Source: Takakia lepidozioides
Taxonomy: Eukaryota > Plantae > Bryophyta
Length of the DNA stretch: 64,000 nt
Direction: 5' to 3'
Assembly: GCA_030704615.1 (NCBI GenBank)
Contig: CM060733.1
Coordinates: forward strand, 62,744,001 to 62,808,000
The translations under genes were made by a program, and so were the position numbers. Below, piece by piece: positions 35,455 to 46,378 of this stretch. The notes beneath the pieces are model-generated. The model made no database searches and was not told where the DNA came from. It saw only the letters and a list, made by a program, of their open reading frames with translations. Within the stretch, counting starts at the first letter, position 1. Each line of letters starts with the position of its first letter.

Positions 35455-35819
35455 CACGTGTAGTGATATAGTCATATAAACATAGTTGTGAAACCTACTG
35501 TAGTCATGTAGTCATAAGCTTCTATGGCATGTCATCAATGTGTAATAGTGGTATAGTCATTTAGTCAAAAGCTTATATGGCACGTGTCTGACGTGTAGTA
35601 TTGCGTATGACTACTAGTTATATAAACCAAGCATGTGTTCTTGGTCAACAATGTTTGACCACAGCTCCTAGTCATGTAGTAACATGTATGACTTCATTAG
35701 ATTAAAATATATTAAAATGCGCCCAACAATGGGTTTCATCACTACGTAGTCACATATATAGTCATAATTACCAAGGTTTATATTACCCGTAGTCATAAAA
35801 ACGACAATCTGTACTAGTG
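35455..35819 (-). mobile_element. CACTA (En/Spm) transposon terminus with subterminal repeats
   Basis: The reverse complement begins CACTAGTACAGA at 35819. At least 8 TAGTCA(T) motifs occur in both orientations within 360 bp. The partner end was not found. Confidence 0.65.
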
Positions 35820-36062
35820 GATTGAAGCAGGTCTGGAGCAGGAGAAGTTGCATGAACTCCATAAGCAACAGCTATATCAATTTGCAGGTGAAGCATGAGG
35901 ACAAATTGCAGGAAGTGAAGTCGCTTCATACAGAGTTGGAGGCAGTTCATCAGAAAATGACCATCCAATGTGCCACACTAACAAGTACTCTGGAGTTGAC
36001 CGTATTAGAAGTTAAGAATCAAGCTGAGAGATGTTTAATGGTGGAGGCTGAGTCAGGAGGTT
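35820..36062 (+). pseudogene. Diverged fragment of the family B coiled-coil extra ORF
   Basis: QVKHEDKLQEVKSLHTELEAVHQKMTIQCAT aligns with QVQHESKLQEVNALHTELQTVHNRMAIQCAT. Confidence 0.85.
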
Positions 36063-36070
36063 TACTATTT

Positions 36071-36160
36071 CATGAGCAGAAACCATGAGCCATGAGCCAT
36101 GAGTCGCATGAGCCGCATGAGCGGTGAGCCGAAGTCTAAGATACGCGGATTTCATGAGCG
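36071..36160. repeat. Subterminal CATGAGC repeats (~7)
   Basis: Copies at ~36071, 36084, 36091, 36098, 36107, 36116 and 36153. Confidence 0.8.
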
Positions 36161-36887
36161 GACTCCTCCAAATTTGGAAATGCGGCAGATTAAACAAGTA
36201 TTAAAATAATAGTTTTTTATTTGACCTTGCCGTTTTTGGACGTTCCAGATCATGTAATGCGGCGAAGATATGTCGTCAGTAACAAGTCCGCTCTTGGAAA
36301 TAAATGACCGTGCAACGGGAAATCCAGTATACCACTGCAAAAGGACGTCGCATACTGGCCTGTATAGAGTATTCCGCGGTTTTACATGCCTTAACATTGG
36401 AATGAAGCTGACCCTTTTGCCGCGATTGAACCAATGGAGTCTGCACCAATACAGTCTGCAGTACTTCACAATTCTGTCTTCTTCGGGTATTCGGTGGGAA
36501 AGGTTTGCAACTGAACTGGGAAATAAGGTGCCGCATTAGGGTTCGCACGTGCGAAATTTCGGAGCGGTTTGGTGTTGGCGAAGGCCGCCTCTACCAGTAC
36601 CTACGACGATACTTGGAAATGCGGCGCCGCATTTCCTTGTCGGAGGTCGAATGAGGAAAGCAAGTTTTCGGAAAGCAGAAAAACATGAACCCTCCAACAT
36701 ACAAAAATACATGCACGTGGAAACAAGTGAACGATATAGTAATATCTTAGTTCGAGCAAAACAGGTTACTGGTAGGCAAGACATAAGTCGGACCTTTCTG
36801 TGGCCAGAGTCTGAGGTACTGGCAGCAGTACAGTTCTACTATCCGAAAAGGATGGGCATACCATTGTATTGGGACCGCAAGCCAAGC

Positions 36888-39800
36888 TCACTGGTCCCCT
36901 GGATCCATATTCAGAAGAGTGTGAACCTCCTGGGGGCTCAACCCTTGTGCATGTATGAAGTGATGAGTTGTGGAATTACAACGGAGTCTCTTTAGGTACA
37001 CGTAGTACAAATGCTTGCAAGGGCAGTATGATGCCCCCTTGTTCACCATGATCTGGAAGTCGGTGCAATTGCAGGTGGGTAATTCTGAAATGGTGATGGT
37101 GTACACCTCATTGCGAACAGCTGAGCCTGCCGTGGCCATCTGATACACACGCCCGAATCCTAGTGGGGGCACTTCTGTCGAGCTCTGGATTGTACAGTTC
37201 ATCCAAAGTGCATTCCCCATCCTTGTCTCGTTCACTTTTGAGGGAGGTCGCCGCCTCTTCGGTTTCCCCCAACGGTGTGTAGGATGCTTAGAGCTGTCGT
37301 GTCCCATTGTTCTTGCTCTCACAGGGGTCGGTGGTGGAGGCTGTGGAAGTGGAAATGGTTGTCTGGGGATGTCAGTGCGCTGCACCATCCGAAATCCTGC
37401 GGCGGTAAGGGCGTCGGCCTCGACCTGACTCAGATCGCAGCCTGGTTCCACCGGCCACACCGGGGGAGCCTCTGGCATTGTTTGTATGCCGTACTTGGGC
37501 TTTCCATACACGCAAGTCATAATGTCGTGCCTGCAGAACCAGAACTGGGTGGTTGTCGCCTCCGCAAACTTTGCATGGACAAATCTTCCTGTAAAAGTAG
37601 GAGCAGGGACAGCCCCATCTGGATTCCTCCTTATCATCTCTAAACAACGTTGCCGTGTATCCACACGAATTGCGGAACACCTTCCTCGAAACGACGGCTT
37701 TGTGCGAGCAATTCTCCACTGTGATGCAGACACAGTCGTCTCCACAATGGCTTGGCCATACTGCATAACAGCGGGCGGAATCTGGGGCAAGGGAGCGGTG
37801 GGAATTTCTCGCACGAAATCCCCGGTTGAAGGCGACGGCGATCTGGAATTTCTTGGGCTTCCACTGCTGGAAGACACATTGTGCGGCAACATGACGGGAC
37901 CTCGAGGTGCTGTCCGAATGTTCCTGTCAGATCTCCAGGAATCCTCTTTGCACCCGGGTTCCTCTTCAATCCTCCGCCTCACAGGGCGAGTCCGGATGTC
38001 CCCCTCTAGGTGTTCACCTCTGCGGTGCAGAGGCGTCCCTTTGATCTTCTCTCGCAATGCTATCGCCCATTTCAGTGGATTCTTGGACCTCGAAGCTGTT
38101 CGTACCAACAATTCCTCCCTGTCCGGCCCAAAGCCCCATTGTTTGCCGCTCAGGAACTTGTAGTACGTGGCTTGCTACATGATTGCTCTGTCGATGTCCT
38201 CCGTTGTGGCCGTCACTACGTCCACCAGATGTGCGGCAGAAGACGCTCGCCAGGAGGAGTGGACCGATTCTGCCATATTCGTGTTCGGCATGTCCGTGTC
38301 GGAATCCAAGCACCGCTCCGAGAAGGACACAAACAATGGTGAGGGATCAATCGAAATGTCCGTAACAGAAAGACAAATGAACGAAAATGACAGCAGCCTA
38401 CCTCCCGCATGTACTGTCCGAACTGTCGATACCGAAAATGCCACCACCCCAACCAGCTGTGCAATGCTCCCTGATTGGTTGTCTCCACTGCACCTGACGT
38501 GTTCCACCAAGCCTCCATGATAGCAAACTTAACCTCCGCGTCATCAAATGTGGGTGCATCCTTCCACGCCGTACAAAGGACACGGTGTTCAGCCTGGAAT
38601 GAGCTAGCAACAAATTTGGTAGTGTAGTGGGATAGACTCTGCATCCAATGGAATCCACAGGATCTCTCTTTCCCCTCCATTGGAACATTGGGGTCCTCAC
38701 CGTACACACGCCGCACTGCTGCCCAGTTGGCCTGAGCGTTGTCTGCCATGAATCCCCTGAAATTGGGCTCTGGCAATCCCGCCCTTGCCATCTGCTCGTT
38801 TATGCCCTCCCACAGATGCATCTCGGACTGTGTGTCCTCCCCTTTCATCTCGCAGATTGCAATCGTCATGAGCCTCTTGGAGTGATAGTCATAAACATGC
38901 GCACCCATAGTCACCCACTGATGGTTGTAATTCGCTTGATGTGATCAAACATCACCCAAGCATTCGACAAGTTTCCAGTTGTCATGCGAGTGACCAAGTC
39001 GACTCCACTCCCAGGCCCACACGTCGACATTTTGAAAATGTAACAACGATCGGATTTGCTGCCTTGCCCTGGAAACCTGCTACCTTGGATGTAGTCATAT
39101 CCAGTCATTCGTTTCACCTCCAGGATTGAGTACATGTCCGACCCCCTGCCGAACTCCTGCTTGCAAGATACGATGTGATTCCGCACATTCGGACTACAAA
39201 CGTGCGAGACGGACTCCAAGAGGTCACGCATCTCCTCTTCGGTCAAGGGCTCTCGGTCGGAACCATCTTCAGACATGATTTTGCCAAGAGCAATCTTGTG
39301 GGCTGCCTTTAGCTGAATCTGCTTTGGTCTGGCTCCGGGGCTCAATTTCACCTCCTCTTTTATGATGTCGTGTGCTTCCTGCACAGCCTCACGCATGTTG
39401 CCTCTCGCCAAGGGGTGGCAGTGGACCCCAACATGTATGCAAGCTCTAGTCAAGTCCGGGAGCAAATGGATTACGTAATATTGCTTGGCTCTGCACATGG
39501 ACATGCACGTCGGTGGTTCTTTGCAATGTGCACACTTGAAAGAACCCGCAGGAGCTTGGCTGGAGACAATGAATGGATGATGCGTTGTGCCAGTCCAATC
39601 CGTCTCGTTTCTCCGCCCTCCTTTGGAGAGAAAGTGGAAGCAGGTGGGATTGAGGCACCTCAGCTTCCCCGCACAGAGGACATATCGTACACGAACACCA
39701 TCAGCAATTTTCGTGCTACTGGTCTTCGTCACACACCAGGGGTGTCTGTCATGCTTTCGATCCATGTCTGTTGACATCCCGGAGGCTTTGTTTGACGAAG

Positions 39801-40494
39801 AAACAGGTGGAAACTCGAAGATGACATTGCCATCGACTTCGGGAGGCAGAAACGTTACCTTTCTGACTGGGAATTTGGCATAGTCGAGAGCAGCCAGCTC
39901 GGAGCGAGAACCATCGAGGTGATGTTGTTGTAGGAGCTGCACAATGGACCGGGTTGGAGTTATGCTCGTGGGCACATGCGTAGCACCTACAGAGACGTCC
40001 ATGCCGGATTTGAACGACCGTGTGGAGGACATGGGGACCTCAATGCAATCATCTTCCTCGTCGGAAATGTCGAATACGTCCACACGAGAAGCTATGGAGG
40101 GTCTTGACGGTCCAGGTCGGGAATGATTATCGTTGCATACCTCTCTGTTGGCAGTGGCCGCCTGTCGGTTTCCGGACTCCTTTGTGGATGGTGTGGGCAG
40201 CGACTGATTCGGAAAGGGAATGGGCATTCCCACAGCTCGGTACAGGATGGTGTCTGATGGGGGTACGTGCCATTCGATTCCGCAACCTCCGTCGTTACCT
40301 AGCACGACAATGGTCTCGTCAACCTGTCCAGGAACATCCTTCCTTTCTTCTTCCAAATAAACTGTGCCCGGTTTGAGCTTGAATTTGGAACAAAGGTAAG
40401 TTTCAGTCACTCTGCAAAGTCCTCCCTCGTTTGGGATCCAGGCTCTCCCATGTTGCGGAGGACACCAAACTATAGCGTAGGAATTCGGAGCCAT
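36888..40494 (-). pseudogene. Mutator-type transposase: GCM/WRKY-like Zn domain, DDE core with CxxH, C-terminal SWIM finger
   Basis: CAGKLRC..C..CAHC..C..HVGVHCHP; WVMFDH (D1), GFMADNAQA (D2), SCGFHW, TNMAESVH (E); CNCTDF..CPCKH. There is a frameshift near 38915, a probable intron at ~38320-38400 and a TAG at ~38175. Confidence 0.85.
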
Positions 40495-40876
40495 CGAACA
40501 CCGCACGAAGTTGGCAAGTGCGAGGTTCAGTATAGCGACAGACCAAGGCTCACAGGCACCATGCGGAGTCCATCAACGATTGGAAGTCGCACATTGAAGT
40601 GGAAAGTATTGTTTCAAGCTACATGCATGAAGGTGGGAGGTGTGATTCCATAGCCAGTAAGTATGACAATGATGGCCGATTCGGCGACGAAATAACATCT
40701 CCTGACAGTTTCTCCTGAGGGTGGATCCAGCAGTATTCTCGGTGCAGACATGAACGTTCGCACTGACAAGTGCCAATACTGTTACTTAAAACGGTCAGAC
40801 AACCAAGTTGTGCTCATCAAGACTGGCCGCAATTGTGTTGTTTCGGAACAATGCAACCCATTCAGGTTCAGCATGC

Positions 40877-42418
40877 GGAAATGAGGTTCCAGAATTCCCG
40901 TCCCGAGTGATTCTTTCGATTGCTGGTGGACGGAAATACGGCGCCGCATTTCCGTATTGCATCTTGGTCATGCACCAGAGCGACGGAAATGCGGCACCGA
41001 GTTTCCGTTCGGGGGAAACCTTTATACTCTCCAGAACGGAAATGCGGTAACGCATTTCCATCCAGCAAGCACGGTAGGTGAAGGTGGTACGGAAATGCGG
41101 TACCGCATTTCCGTTCTGATTGAGAATTATGAACATCGGGAACAGAAATGCGGCACCGCATTTCCGTCACAGTCGCACCTTCCGACATACCAGAACAGAA
41201 ATACGGCGCAACATTTCCGTTTTATATCTGACGCATGGAGCTGAGGGATAGAAATGCTGCACCACATTTCCGTCCTCACAAGACATTCATACTCTCCAGA
41301 ACGGAAATGCGGTAACGGATTTCCATCCAACAAGCACGGTATATGAAGGTGGAACGGAAATGCGGTACCGCATTTCCGTTCTGATTGAGAATTATTAACA
41401 ACGGGAACAGAAATGCGGCACCGCATTTCCGTCCGAGTCGCACTTTCCGACATTCCAGAACGGAAATGCGGCGCCGCATTTCCATTTTGTATCTGATGCA
41501 TGGAACCGAGTGCAATTCCGACCGCTTGAGACATTCATACTATCCAGAACGCAAATGCGGTACCGCATTTCCGTTCTGACTGAAAATCGTGAACCATCGG
41601 AACTGAAATGCGGCAGCGCATTTCCATCCGAGTGTGACCTCCCAACATTTCAGAACGCAAATGCGGCACCGCATTTCCGTTCTGATGAAAAATCGTGAAA
41701 CATCGGAACTGGAATGCGGTACCGCATTTCCGTCGGAGTCGCACCTTCCGACATTCCAAAACGGAAATGCGGCGCCGCATTTCCGTTTTGTATGTGAGGC
41801 ATGGAGCTGTGGAACGAAAATGCGGCACCTCATTTCCGGCAGGGTCAAACCTTAGTACTCTACAGAACGGAAATGCGGTACCGCATTTCCGTTCTGACTG
41901 AAAATCGTGAACAACGGGAACAGAAATGCGGCACCGCATTTCCGTCCGAGTCGCACCTTCCGACATTCCAAAACGGAAATGCGGCGCCGCATTTCCGTTT
42001 TGTATGTGAGGCATGGAGCTGTGGAACGAGAATGCGGCACCGCATTTTCGCCAGGGTCAGACCTCAATACTCTACAGAACGGAAATGCGGTACCGTATTT
42101 CCGTTCTGACTGAAAATCGTGAACAACGGGAACAGAAATGCGGCACCGCATTTCTGTCCGAGTCGCACCTTCCGACATTCTAGAACGGAAATGCGGCGCC
42201 GCATTTCCCTTTTGTATCTCATACATGGAGCTGTGGGACGGAAATGCGGCACCGTATTTCCGTTCAACAACTAAGGTATGTGAAGGTAGAATGGAAATGC
42301 GGTGCCGCATTTTCTTCCAACAAGTACGGATGTGTAGCTTCGTGATGGTACTTAACGGAAATGCGGCGCCGCATTCGCATTTTTACTCCAACTCATCAGA
42401 CGCTGGGACGGAAATGCC
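40877..42418. repeat. Array of ~28 22-bp palindromes at 53-bp period, with 212/265-bp higher-order repeats
   Basis: Starts at 40932, 40985, 41038, 41091, 41144, 41197, 41250, 41303, 41356, 41409, 41462, then 41551, 41604, 41657, 41710 ... 41869, 41922, 41975, 42028, 42081, 42134, 42187, 42240, 42293. Confidence 0.95.
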
Positions 42419-42814
42419 TTGAAATGTGAACACGTGGAGCAACGGAATTGCGGCACATGTCTGCACTCTTTCTGACTGAAGTGGCATGAGGCGGCGCGGC
42501 CTGACCGTTGGATAATGATGTTTGTTTTTCGAACGGCAGGCGTACCCTGGACGATTCGAATTTCGTAATGACGCAAAGGCCACGAGGAGACACTTTAGTC
42601 CAACCCTTTCGAACCCAAGTGGTGCATCACCGCCGTTTCATCTACTTTTGTCGTGTCTCCTCAGTCCCTCCTCTCGCGCCCTTTCCATCTGCACTCTTTG
42701 CCCCTTTTCCCTCTCTCTGTTCTTCTTATGCTCGAACCTGAGAGGGGGGGAGTTCGTGCACCAGACAGGAGACCTTGTCGCAAGCTCCGAAAATTATACT
42801 TCGGACGTAGGCCA

Positions 42815-44798
42815 ATGCCAAAGGGGAGGAAGCAGATGCGTCTACAGGAGGAGATTGCCATCTCCGAGCAGCAGGCCACTCAGGCAACCCAGCCACCAGT
42901 GAGAGCTCCATGCGATCGGGCTGCGCGCAACTGATCGAGCACCGAACCCCCATTTTGCTTCTGTAATTCTTAGACTGAATGCTAGGAGACTTGAATGCAG
43001 AACATGTTTGCATGCCTAACAGGAAAGGTGGACGTGCTGGAGGGATTGCAGGAATCCGAAGAGCCGCAGGAAGAGTCCGTGGAGCTAGCTGCAGCACGTA
43101 CACCCACCCGATCCCCGAGCGCGGGTATTCATGCCGGGCCTAGCCCTGTGCGTTTCAAAGACGCGGTTTCGAAGGGCAAGTTCAAAGCCCCAGAGATCGA
43201 CTCGCGTTCTCCGGTCATGGAGAATCGCCAGCAGGGGTCGGGCCCTTCTCCAGCAAAGTCAAAGAAGAAGCAACCCGTCCCTCTACTAGTTTCTGAACCG
43301 GCTCAGGCCATTTCACCCCCACCAACGCGAATGAAGCAGCAGGGTAAAAGATAGATTCAATTGCAGCAGACACCTTCACCTGCAAGGATGAGGAAGCAGA
43401 AGGCAATCAGGGCGACGGCCGAACAATCTCCCGCAAAACCGCTTCCACGAGCTGAAGCTCAGTTCCTGGAGGATTTCCCGCCTGCAGATATTGGGGCCGT
43501 CTCTGCTGCAGCGAAGGCAATGGGATCGACCGTTTCTGTCGATTTGGTACCGGAGGAGGGTGCTGTCGCTCAACGTTCGCAGCAAGACCTCACCATCGAT
43601 GAGCAAGCAGGCTCGGAGGAGGCCTCTGCAATGGCAGAATTGCCCGCAAACAGGCCCCAGAGTGCAGCTCCAGTTGAGGATGCTCCAGCTGCTCAGCCAC
43701 TACCGGCACCTACAGACATGTCTCCGGAGGATTTCAAAAGTGCAGCGGATAAAATGTTGGAGGAGACACACAGTAGCATTGGCAGAGTTCTGGGCAGCAG
43801 GGTATTCCAGCGGACTCTTCGAATCCCACTCTGTCGCATGGTCTCCCTTCCCATCGTCAGGCAGGCCCTTCCCGGAGATGTGGATAAGCTCAAGTTCGCA
43901 TTTCGAGAAGGATACCGTCTGGGATCGGCAGCATTTTACGTTTCCATTGAGAATGAGGACGGCGAAACTCGTGGACCCACTGCCGATGAATTGTCAACGT
44001 GGGATACCCACTGGCACACTCGCAACGACGAATTCGAGGCGACGCTGAAGGGTGATCCAGACTTCGGCCATATGTCGGGTAAAATGTTCTTTGTGTGGGA
44101 CGGGAATCACCGACTTCTTGCCTGGTGGGAGAACATCAAGCAGAACCATGCCAAGCACATTGGCTAGCATTACATGGTGGAGTGTGTCATCCTCAAGGTG
44201 AAGGCGGCAGACTCCTCCCTGCTCAAGAATGCCATGGCGGACCTCAACTCGTAAGATACTCATACCCTCCCTAGCACGTTCGAAATGCGGTGCCGCATTT
44301 CGGTTTCCATTCTGGTTTGTTTCCGTGCTTCCGTGTACTGAACTAGAGAGTGTGCCTTGCAGGGTCACTGAGAATGCGTACGTGCATACCCACATGGCAC
44401 ATATGCTGTACAGGGTGAGGAAAATTGGTCTCACTAATCCGCAGATGTTTGCGGAAATGCTGGAGCCCGAGCTGATTCAGAAAGCCGTTGCAAAAACGGA
44501 CCGGACATGGTATCGTCTCACTATGGATGGAATGGTGGAGGTGATATACGAAGTAAGTCGTCCTCCAATTTCCCTCTGCTCATCCTTCCCCAATTTCCAG
44601 TAATCTTTCCACATGAATCGAATGTAACGCTTCTGCATGTTTTTGTTGGCAGTCAAACATCAAGCTGGATTTGGCCCATGCCAAACGCTTCTTCATAGAA
44701 AGTGAGGGGCAGGTGAAGACCTTGCAGTCATTGATTGAGCACTTGAAGGAAGCCAGTGTCAAGTCCAGAACCAAATACAAATCAAAGCTTGTGGATCC
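42815..44798 (+). pseudogene. 5' exons of ParB-methyltransferase gene: disordered N-terminus and ParB/Srx-like domain
   Basis: ATG at 42815. RIPLCRM..VRQ..DVDKLKFAF..GY, FFVWDGNHRLLAW (DGNHR at 44099-44113), VECVIL..AMADLN. GT-AG introns at 44251-44362 and 44553-44652 are in phase. TAG stops at ~43352 and ~44165. Confidence 0.75.
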
Positions 44799-45467
44799 CA
44801 CTCTCATGCCATATGCCTCATTTGGGGTCTTGCACCAATCCATCATCCATGTGCTCCCCGTGGTCATTTGAATGCATGTTTCATGACCTCATGGCCTATG
44901 TATTGCTCTCCTTCATCATAACATGAATCAACACCTCTCCACTTCACACACAAATGGATCTCAAAGGCCTTCACCTCTTGCTAGTTCAAGAGCTCCCCTT
45001 CTAAAACTTGAACTTACAAACTCAAGCGAGCATGCTCCACACATGCACCACTTGCTTGGTCAACTATCCACCACAAAGCTCGCACTTGCAAAATCTTGTG
45101 ACTCAAGAGCTTTCTTCTCAAGCTCTCCAACTCCTTGGTGCATGCAATACTCGAGCACCTTTCCTTGCAACCCCTTGTAAGCCTTGTGATACAAGAGCTA
45201 AATTCTCCTAGCTCTCAACCTCTTTAAAATACAAGTGCAAAACTAATCCTTACACCCCGCACTCACAAGCATAAGGTGATCTTCTTGTAATGATAAGAGA
45301 TGAGAAATGAGAGAAGTAGAAGACAATGAAAGCTCTCAAAAGCATGAAACAATCACATGAAGAACAAGCCCTAGTCCTTCCAAGTGAAATCCACTCTATC
45401 ACATAAACTAAGTCAAGCCAAGGGCACCTTTACTAAAGGAATCCACCCTACAAAGCCCTCAACACAC
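44799..45467 (-). repeat. Part of the 5' LTR of the DNMT element
   Basis: ~45295-45467 is the reverse complement of 16420-16594. The remainder is inferred to join 6996 onward. Confidence 0.7.
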
Positions 45468-46340
45468 TGTCGCGCGGCTTTTACTCACCCATCCCTTCGC
45501 TATTCGAGGCGGAAACTCCAAGATAGAAGAGTTGGAAATCTCTAAGTACTCAGCCCGCGCAGAACAATCAGTCATGACCTACAGCTAGTGTATCATGGGG
45601 GTGTTTCCTATTTGTTTCCCTTTTGGTATGCATGTTAGCTATCTTACCATTGATAATTAAGTATCAGTTTGCTTTATCAATCTATTGGATTCCATCAACT
45701 CATCCATTCATTCCACAGCTTCACTCAGATCTCTCTACACAGTGTGATTGTATCGTAAAAGTATCCGATTATGATTTATCAGGTATCAGGCCGAAGCCAT
45801 TGTGTCTCTAATCTGCTCTACAATATCATTACCGCCTTGCATATATCAAGCATCTACTCATCACCTCTCTATCTTCACTTCCGTTCTTCATCTCTGCCCG
45901 ATCCCCTCTCCTCCATGACCAAGAAGTCCTCCTCCGAAGGATATCCCTCAATTCCCCGTTTCTCCCTTTATCTTCATATCCGTGGTTCTAACCGTTTCCC
46001 TCACTAACCGTCGTCTGTGAACTAACATGTTCCCTTCGCAGGTGTTGTTCCCCACAGTCGTTCCCTGTCCTACTCTTCGTTCCCTATGATCGTGACAGCT
46101 GTGTCAAGCTGTGACTGGCTGTGTGAAACTGTGACGGGCTGTGACTGGCTGTGCGACTGTGTTTGGCTGTGTGGCTGTGCCGGGCTGTGTCTGCTGTGAC
46201 GACTGTGACGGGCTGTGTAACCCCCCTCTACAGTGCGCTGTTGTCACCCCTAAGGCTCCTGTTGGTCTCAGTCTGTGCAAAAATTAAGGGTACCCTACAG
46301 ATCCCGTATAAGTGTCTAAGTCCCCGACAGTCCTCTAACA
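45468..46340 (-). repeat. 3' LTR of copy 3 (873 bp)
   Basis: TG...CA ends; matches 57225-58239. Confidence 0.95.
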
Positions 46341-46378
46341 TTACCCCTTCCCCCCTCAAAAAGCCGTGTCCTCACAGT

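Larger units (their letters stand above)
36063..44798. mobile_element. Mutator-like (MULE) DNA transposon, main part: transposase, palindrome array and ParB half of the accessory gene
   Basis: Divergent transposase and accessory gene with the shared palindrome throughout. The left boundary is where family B homology stops and CATGAGC repeats begin. Confidence 0.8.

Noticed and set aside
40877-42418. CRISPR array (palindromic repeats with constant-length spacers)
   Set aside because: Spacers recur in 4- and 5-unit higher-order repeats, there are no cas genes, and the context is eukaryotic with introns.
40795-42422. Many short ORFs with EMRCRIS/GNAAPHF/KCGTAFP repeats
   Set aside because: These are translations of the palindrome array, whose 53-bp period is not a multiple of 3.
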